From contig NC_010546.1 in NCBI RefSeq assembly GCF_000017845.1, forward strand, positions 2,340,001 through 2,372,000: DNA of 32,000 nucleotides, written 5' to 3'. This document shows positions 25,916-32,000 of this stretch, in pieces. A program made the position numbers and the translations under genes. Each line of letters opens with the position of its first letter. The stretch's first letter is position 1. The notes under the pieces are model-generated. The model saw only the letters and a list, made by a program, of their open reading frames with translations. It was not told the origin of the DNA and ran no database searches. Source of the stretch: Crocosphaera subtropica ATCC 51142 (lineage in GTDB: Bacteria; Cyanobacteriota; Cyanobacteriia; Cyanobacteriales; Microcystaceae).

Positions 25916-27220
25916 TTACAATAATTGATCCCGTTCAGTAATTGCCATCCCATGAGCCGGAAACTCCTCATAATGGGCTAAGGTTTGGCTGGTTTCTTTA
26001 ACACGATCAAACCCTTGGGAGGTCAAATAGGCAACCGTAGAACGTTTCAGAAAATCATACACGGAGACGGCAGAATAGGAACGGGCAAACCCTCCGGTGG
26101 GTAAAACGGCGTTAACGCCGATCGCATAAGTCGCAGCAGAGGAAGGAGTATATTTTCCCAGTAAAATTTCCCCTGCATTCTGGATCGCTCCCACTAATCT
26201 TAAGGGATCATCCACTAACACCTCTAAATGTTCTGGGGCGTAGTCGTTCACAAAATTAAGGGATTCTTCTAAGCTAGAAGTCAGAATAATACCGCCATAA
26301 GCATCTAACCCGATTTGGCAAAACTCCCGTCGCCATTGAGGAAGCTTTTTGAGGTATTCATCGGCAAATTGACTAGCTTTTTCGGCAACGGCTTCGCTAT
26401 GGGTAACTAATAAGGCCGCAGAGTCAGAACCATGTTCGGCTTCTATTAATAAGTCAAGGGCCGCCAGTTGGGGATCAGTGGTTTCATCGGCTAAAACAAT
26501 GGACTCACTCGGACCTGCCGGTAAACCCACATCCACCGTACCAAATAAAACCCGTTTGGCCGCTGCCCCATAAATGCTACAAGGACCGGTTAATTTATCG
26601 ACTTTGGGGACGGTGGCAGTCCCTAAGGCCATGGCCGCTAAAGCTTGAATCCCCCCTAATTTATAGACTTCGGTAACTCCTGCCATTTGTGCTACATATA
26701 AGGAAACGGGTTCGACGTTGCCTTCTTTATCGGGAGGGGTACAAACCACAATTTGTTTAACCCCGGCAACCATAGCCGGGATGGTTAACATGAGCATCAT
26801 GGAAGGAAAAGCCCCTTTTCCTCTGGGAACGTATAAGCCAACGCTAGGAATAGGCGTGATTTTTTCTCCTGCAAAGATACCGGTATCGATTTCGGCTAGG
26901 TTCATTTCTTCTGGCAGTTGCCGTTGATGGACTTCTTTGATGTTGCGAAAGGCTTGATCTACAGCTTTTTTGACTTCCGGTTCTACCAGATGTTGCGCTT
27001 GGTCAAATTCTTCGGGAGTCACTTTTATATTCTCTGGGGTTGCCCCTGCATAGTCAAATTTTTGGGCATATTGAATGAGTCCCTTATCCCCTGTTTGAGC
27101 GATCGCTGTTATCACTTCTTGGGCAATGGGAATCACTTGATCAATATCTAACTCGGCCCGTCGCTTTAATGTGGCAAGATCGTTGGCTGTCATTTGGGCA
27201 AGTTTGAGAATTCTGACCAC
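25916..27220 (-). CDS. hisD: Histidinol dehydrogenase
   Basis: 434 aa with the HisD core SVGLYVPRGKGAFPSMMLM, LIEAEHGSDS and NDYAPEHLE. Confidence 0.95.
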   Translation of the reverse strand: MVRILKLAQMTANDLATLKRRAELDIDQVIPIAQEVITAIAQTGDKGLIQYAQKFDYAGATPENIKVTPEEFDQAQHLVEPEVKKAVDQAFRNIKEVHQRQLPEEMNLAEIDTGIFAGEKITPIPSVGLYVPRGKGAFPSMMLMLTIPAMVAGVKQIVVCTPPDKEGNVEPVSLYVAQMAGVTEVYKLGGIQALAAMALGTATVPKVDKLTGPCSIYGAAAKRVLFGTVDVGLPAGPSESIVLADETTDPQLAALDLLIEAEHGSDSAALLVTHSEAVAEKASQFADEYLKKLPQWRREFCQIGLDAYGGIILTSSLEESLNFVNDYAPEHLEVLVDDPLRLVGAIQNAGEILLGKYTPSSAATYAIGVNAVLPTGGFARSYSAVSVYDFLKRSTVAYLTSQGFDRVKETSQTLAHYEEFPAHGMAITERDQLL

Positions 27221-27295
27221 TACTGTTCTCCTGATACGTCGGTCCCTTTTTCTCTATTTTAGCTTGATCTCGTAGAAGCCTTAGACAATAACAAT

Positions 27296-28720
27296 TTAAT
27301 CTCGACAAACCTCATCTAATAAGTCACCATTAACTCCAAATAATTGAATATGTAAAGGCATTTGTCCGGCTGCATGAGTCGAACAACTTAAACAAGGATC
27401 GTAACAACGAATTCCAGCTTCAACACGGTTTAACATCCCCTCGGTCATAGCATTTCCCTTCACATAATGTTTCGCTATTTGTGTAACAGTTTTATTCATG
27501 GCTAAATTATTATTTCCTGTGGCAATAATGAGGTTAACTTTCTTAATTAAGCCGTTTTCATCGACATTATAATGATGGAAAAGGGTTCCTCTGGGGGCTT
27601 CACTCACCCCAATCCCTTCTAGGTTATTAATGCCTGCTTTAGCACGGGTATTTGTTGATAAGAGATCAGGATCATTCATTAACCGTTCAATGCGTTCTAA
27701 ACAACCAATAATTTCCACTAATCTAGCATAATGATAAAAGAAAGAAGAGGTCGCTACACCACCAGCACGATTGCGAAATTCTTCTAGTTCTTGATCGGCT
27801 TTTTCTGTACCAAAATGAGAACAAATATTGAGCCTTGCTAACGGACCAACCCGATAAATTCCTTGGGGATATCCTAATGGTTTATAGTAAGGAAACTTAA
27901 GATAAGACCACTTTTCAACAGACTCTCCAATAAAGTCTTGATAATCTTCTTCTTTTAAGTGATCAGCAACAATATTTCCTTGACTATCGCTAAAGCGAAG
28001 ATGTCCTCCGTAATGTTCCCAAAGTCCGTCTTCTCCAACTAACCCCATAAATAGAGAAGGAAAGTCACCAAATGTTTTAACTTCTGTCTCAAATCTATCA
28101 AGAAGTTTTTTAAATAAACTAAGGGCATTATTAGCAGTTTCGTAAGCTTCTGGTAATCTTTCTTTAATCCATTGTTGACTATCTTTTGATAAAGGGGATC
28201 TCACGCCTCCAGGAACAGACCAAGCTGCGTGAATTTTTTTTGCGCCTAATAGTTCAATAATTGTTTGACCAAATTGTCTTAAACGAATGCCACTTTTAGC
28301 TAATTCTGGATCGGATGCTATCAGTCCAAAGATGTTCCTTTTGGCTGGATCACTGTCCCATCCTAATAAGAAATCGGGGCTACTGAGATGGAAAAAACTA
28401 AGGGCATGGGATTGAGTAATTTGAGCTAAATTCATCAATCTTCTTAATTTTTCTGCTGGTTGAGGAATTTTGACCGCTAAAATTTTATCCCCAGTTTTGG
28501 CAGAAGCAAGGAGATGACTCACCGGACAAATGCCACAAATTCTGGCGGTAATTCCTGCCATTTCCCACATGGGACGACCTTCACAAAATTTTTCAAAGCC
28601 TCGGTATTCGACTACATGAAATCTAGCATCATCCACTTGACCATTATCATCTAAAAAAATAGAAATTTTAGCATGACCTTCGATTCTGGTGACGGGATCA
28701 ATTACAATAGTTTTAGACAT
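27296..28720 (-). CDS. hoxH: Bidirectional [NiFe]-hydrogenase large subunit
   Basis: 474 aa with the N-terminal Ni-binding [10 protein letters not shown] and the C-terminal [10 protein letters not shown] ~24-aa extension follows, of the kind removed by the maturation protease. Confidence 0.95.
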   Translation of the reverse strand: MSKTIVIDPVTRIEGHAKISIFLDDNGQVDDARFHVVEYRGFEKFCEGRPMWEMAGITARICGICPVSHLLASAKTGDKILAVKIPQPAEKLRRLMNLAQITQSHALSFFHLSSPDFLLGWDSDPAKRNIFGLIASDPELAKSGIRLRQFGQTIIELLGAKKIHAAWSVPGGVRSPLSKDSQQWIKERLPEAYETANNALSLFKKLLDRFETEVKTFGDFPSLFMGLVGEDGLWEHYGGHLRFSDSQGNIVADHLKEEDYQDFIGESVEKWSYLKFPYYKPLGYPQGIYRVGPLARLNICSHFGTEKADQELEEFRNRAGGVATSSFFYHYARLVEIIGCLERIERLMNDPDLLSTNTRAKAGINNLEGIGVSEAPRGTLFHHYNVDENGLIKKVNLIIATGNNNLAMNKTVTQIAKHYVKGNAMTEGMLNRVEAGIRCYDPCLSCSTHAAGQMPLHIQLFGVNGDLLDEVCRD

Positions 28721-28859
28721 TATTACCTCTATTTATAGAATTAATTTATTACTCTGTAGGGGGTTAACACTGTTAAACCCATAAATTGATTAGGTGGGGA
28801 AAAATAACTGATCTTTTTCAAAATTTAGCCAATTATTTTAGCTTTCCCTCCCCTACGTT

Positions 28860-29405
28860 TTAACCAAATTTAATCATTTCTCTTCCTTCTATAACTGGTT
28901 GTTCTCCTTGTAATAAGGGTTCAATAGCAGCCCTAATTCTATGAGCATCAGGGGGACATCCGGGTAAAAATAAATCAACCTTGATTACTTCATGAACAGG
29001 ACTCACTCTATCTAATAATTCGGGAACAATACCGGGTTCTTGGGGTAGCTGAGGGGTGACATCTCCTAACTCTAAATAAGACCGTTTTAAGACCGTTTCT
29101 GCTGGTCCTAACATATTTCTCATGGCAGGAACATTAGCAGTTACAGCGCAGTCTCCAAAGGAAACAATTAACTTAGTTTTTTGACGAATTTCTTTGATTA
29201 ATTGTAAGTTTTCTTCATTGGCGATCGCCCCTTCTACTAAACAAACATCAACATCATCGGGATAGTCTTTGACATCGGCAATGGGACTATAAACCATATC
29301 CACTTTTTCGGCTAATTCTAATAACCATTCGTCCAGATCCAAAAAGGACATATGACACCCAGAACATCCGGCTAACCAAACAGTTGCTAATTTAATCTTT
29401 TTCAT
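28860..29405 (-). CDS. hoxY: Bidirectional [NiFe]-hydrogenase small subunit
   Basis: 181 aa with the cluster ligands [16 protein letters not shown] and LPGCPP. Confidence 0.9.
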   Translation of the reverse strand: MKKIKLATVWLAGCSGCHMSFLDLDEWLLELAEKVDMVYSPIADVKDYPDDVDVCLVEGAIANEENLQLIKEIRQKTKLIVSFGDCAVTANVPAMRNMLGPAETVLKRSYLELGDVTPQLPQEPGIVPELLDRVSPVHEVIKVDLFLPGCPPDAHRIRAAIEPLLQGEQPVIEGREMIKFG

Positions 29406-29460
29406 AATTTTAATTATTCCTTAGATAACATTTTGATAACTTTTTCCCCTCTCCCTTGCT

Positions 29461-30177
29461 TCACCTAGTCCATTCTTTTTGCTCCCTTGCTGTTACTAAA
29501 AATCTGATTTTTTCAGGATCGTGATTCATTTCTGCAACGGTACTCCCTTTTCTAAAAATAGCCCCTGTGGGACAAGCATCAACACATTTACCGCAGGAGG
29601 TACAAGCATTAACGTCTCCCCAAGGTTGGTTAATACCTGAAACGATAAAAGATTGACCCCCACGACTAGCTACATCCCAAACGTGCGCCCCTTCTATTTC
29701 ATCACAAACCCTAACACATCGGGTACACAAAATACAACGGTTATGATCCATGCCAAATTGTGGATGAGATAGGTCAACTTTTCGCTGAGGAAACTGATAA
29801 GGAAAGCGAGAGTGATCCATCCCCACTCTAACCGCAACATCTTGCAGTTGACAATTACCATTGACCACACAAACGGCACAAACATGATTACCTTCGGCAA
29901 ACAATAATTCTACAGCCATCCGTCGATAGGTTTGTAATTTTTCGGTTTCTGTCTGGATCACCATGCCCTCTTGTACTTGAGTGACACAAGCAGGTTGTAG
30001 TTTAGAACTACCTTCAATTTCTACTAAACATAAACGACAAGCCCCCACATCTGAAACTCCGTCTAAATGACATAGGGTAGGGATATCAATTCCTGCATCT
30101 TTAGCTGCTTCTAAAATTGTCTGATCTTCCGATGCTGTAAGTAATTGATTATTTATTATTAGGGTTTTTACTACCAT
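29461..30177 (-). CDS. hoxU: Hydrogenase diaphorase moiety, Fe-S subunit
   Basis: 238 aa with a 2Fe-2S N-terminus ([19 protein letters not shown]), then [11 protein letters not shown] and [12 protein letters not shown]. Confidence 0.9.
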   Translation of the reverse strand: MVVKTLIINNQLLTASEDQTILEAAKDAGIDIPTLCHLDGVSDVGACRLCLVEIEGSSKLQPACVTQVQEGMVIQTETEKLQTYRRMAVELLFAEGNHVCAVCVVNGNCQLQDVAVRVGMDHSRFPYQFPQRKVDLSHPQFGMDHNRCILCTRCVRVCDEIEGAHVWDVASRGGQSFIVSGINQPWGDVNACTSCGKCVDACPTGAIFRKGSTVAEMNHDPEKIRFLVTAREQKEWTR

Positions 30178-30188
30178 TTTTTTACCTC

Positions 30189-31796
30189 TTAAGTTACTTG
30201 AAGTAAGCTCACATATTCATCTCGAAAATACTGTAATGTGCTAATTACTGGGTTGGGTGCAGTCATTCCTAAGCCACACAAACTGGTGTCTTTTACCATT
30301 TGACAGAGGGCTTCTAATTGATCTAAATCTTGTTGAGTTGCTTTCCTTTCAACTAACTTGGTTAATAGATCATATAACTGTACCGTTCCTGCACGGCAAG
30401 GAATACATTTGCCACAGCTTTCTTCTTGACAAAAATCCATATAAAATCGGGCAATTTCCACCATGCTGGTATCTTGATCCATGACGATCATGCCTCCCGA
30501 TCCCATAATGGTTCCTAGCTTTTGTAAGGAATCATATTCGACGGGCGTATCTAATAAATGTGCCGGAATACAACCCCCAGAAGGACCTCCTGTTTGCACC
30601 GCTTTGACTGTTCCTTGATCCAGAACGCCTCCGCCAATTTCTTCAACAATTGTTCGGATCGAAGTTCCCATCGGAACCTCAATTAATCCGTTATTTTCTA
30701 TCTTTCCCGTCAGGGCAAAAACCTTGGTTCCTTTGCTATTTTCTGTCCCAATACTGGCGTACCAGTCTCCTCCTTCTCGGATAATGGGAACGATGTTTGC
30801 ATAGGTTTCGACGTTATTGATAAGGGTTGGATCGCCCCATAACCCTGATTCTGCGGGATAAGGTGGACGAGGGCGAGGGGTTCCTCGTTTTCCTTCTACG
30901 GAGGCGATTAAAGCGGTTTCTTCCCCACAAACAAAGGCTCCTGCCCCTACTCTGATGTCAATTTTGAAGTCAAAGGGAGAATCAAAGATTTGGGACCCCA
31001 TTAAGCCGTATCGTTTGGCTTGTTGGATGGCTTTTTCTAAGCGTTTGATGGCGAGGGGATACTCGGCACGAATGTAGATATAGCCGTGATTTGCGCCTAC
31101 TGCATAAGCTGCGATCGCCATGCCTTCTAAGATGCGATGGGGATCACTTTCTAAAACAGCCCGGTCCATAAATGCCCCTGGGTCCCCTTCATCGGCGTTA
31201 CAGATGACATATTTCTGCTGTCCTGGCATTTTTGCCACTGTTGCCCATTTTACGCCGGTGGGATAGCCTCCGCCACCCCTTCCCCTGAGTCCGCTTTTTG
31301 TGACTTCTTTGATAACGTCATTGGGGGTCATTTCTAAAAGAACATGATGTAATTGTTGATAACCCCCTTCAGCAATATAATCATCAATATTGTCTGGATC
31401 AATTTTGCCACTATTTTCCCTAACAATTAGCTTTTGATAAGCGAAGAAAGGATGATTAAGATCCCCTTGAGGGGGTAAGTTTTCCGAAGTCTTTGTCTGA
31501 TTTAAACTGGTAATAATAGCAGGGATATTCTCAAGGGTAACGTTATGATACAGGGTGGTTTCTGGGTCAATTTCGATAGAAGGACCACGACCACAAATTC
31601 CCATACAACCTACGCCAAGGACTTCGACTTCTTGTTCTAAATGGGCTTCTTTAATGGCATTATCGAGACTCTTTTTGACGCTTTCTGCCCCACAAGAAAG
31701 ACATCCCGATGCTATACAACATCGAATTTGTTTCGGTTTTTGTTGTCTTTTTTGCTTAGTTTCTTTTTGAATGGCTAAAAGTTCTTCGAGGTTCAT
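30189..31796 (-). CDS. hoxF: Hydrogenase diaphorase moiety, NAD(P)H/FMN-binding subunit
   Basis: NuoF-like [13 protein letters not shown] and [11 protein letters not shown] chose the start at MNLEELL (31796), 5 nt after the hoxE stop. The track start at 31826 would overlap hoxE. Confidence 0.9.
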   Translation of the reverse strand: MNLEELLAIQKETKQKRQQKPKQIRCCIASGCLSCGAESVKKSLDNAIKEAHLEQEVEVLGVGCMGICGRGPSIEIDPETTLYHNVTLENIPAIITSLNQTKTSENLPPQGDLNHPFFAYQKLIVRENSGKIDPDNIDDYIAEGGYQQLHHVLLEMTPNDVIKEVTKSGLRGRGGGGYPTGVKWATVAKMPGQQKYVICNADEGDPGAFMDRAVLESDPHRILEGMAIAAYAVGANHGYIYIRAEYPLAIKRLEKAIQQAKRYGLMGSQIFDSPFDFKIDIRVGAGAFVCGEETALIASVEGKRGTPRPRPPYPAESGLWGDPTLINNVETYANIVPIIREGGDWYASIGTENSKGTKVFALTGKIENNGLIEVPMGTSIRTIVEEIGGGVLDQGTVKAVQTGGPSGGCIPAHLLDTPVEYDSLQKLGTIMGSGGMIVMDQDTSMVEIARFYMDFCQEESCGKCIPCRAGTVQLYDLLTKLVERKATQQDLDQLEALCQMVKDTSLCGLGMTAPNPVISTLQYFRDEYVSLLQVT

Positions 31797-31801
31797 AATA
31801 A

Positions 31802-32000
31802 TTATGGTTCTCCATGCTGTTGCCAATTTTTGATTTTTTCTAATACATTTTCTGCTGTTTGTTTCCCTGTTACTTCTCCATCAAACACTACGGCAGGGGC
31901 AATACCACAAGCTCCTAAGCATCTTGCAGAAAGTAAAGAAATTTGTTTATCGGCTGTCGTTTCTCCTGATTTTATGCCTAATTCTTGTTGTAATGCAGCT
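31802..32000 (-). CDS. hoxE: Hydrogenase diaphorase moiety, NuoE-like 2Fe-2S subunit (3' part only; runs off the window)
   Basis: My manual translation of the minus strand gives ...LLSARCLGACGIAPAVVFDGEVTGKQTAENVLEKIKNWQQHGEP*, with the stop at 31802-31804. It is not in the ORF track because no start codon lies inside the window. Confidence 0.85.
   Translation of the reverse strand, partial: AALQQELGIKSGETTADKQISLLSARCLGACGIAPAVVFDGEVTGKQTAENVLEKIKNWQQHGEP

Noticed and set aside
31797-31826. Ten-codon N-terminal extension of hoxF (MATAWRTIII)
   Set aside because: It would overlap the last 25 nt of hoxE. The ATG at 31796 gives the usual HoxF length and sits 5 nt after the hoxE stop.
1-32000. 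Search for CRISPR arrays, tRNA/rRNA genes, transposases, integrases and reverse transcriptases
   Set aside because: There are no regularly spaced 25-40-nt repeats and no GTTCGAATC-type T-arm in intergenic DNA. No ORF has DDE, tyrosine-recombinase or YxDD motifs. The only long tandem repeat is the coding TGTS array.

Overview
This is a cyanobacterial chromosomal segment. The evidence is at least 13 HIP1 octamers (GCGATCGC), ndhF1, a bidirectional NiFe-hydrogenase hox operon, a PEP-CTERM surface protein and a PBS-lyase-type HEAT protein. The AT-rich intergenic regions with heptamer arrays suggest a unicellular Cyanothece/Crocosphaera/Microcystis-like organism, but that is inference only. Most of the window is core metabolism: apt, uppS, trpC, ispG, hisD, ndhF1 and hoxE(partial)FUYH, all recognisable from diagnostic motifs in the translations. 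Accessory or poorly understood loci sit between them. These are an orphan DUF790/Bax1-like nuclease, an M16 peptidase homologue lacking the zinc motif, a PAS-PAS-GGDEF cyclase and a large GT-C-like membrane protein. Others are an SDR gene bracketed by two inverted copies of a ~105-nt TIR-bearing element, and an HTH-NB-ARC-TPR STAND NTPase divergent from an orphan di-iron protein. The list ends with a ParE/RelE toxin-antitoxin pair fused into a gap-free four-ORF chain next to an apparently truncated ferredoxin/MBL gene, and a PEP-CTERM protein with a (TGTS)n linker. No rRNA, tRNA, CRISPR array, transposase or integrase was seen. I do not see a self-contained, clearly novel multi-gene system. 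The best candidates for follow-up are the STAND/di-iron divergent pair, the repeat-bracketed SDR cassette, the TA-HEAT-secreted protein chain and a promoter-plus-hairpin GC island upstream of apt. All functional calls come from reading motifs by eye; no database search was possible.
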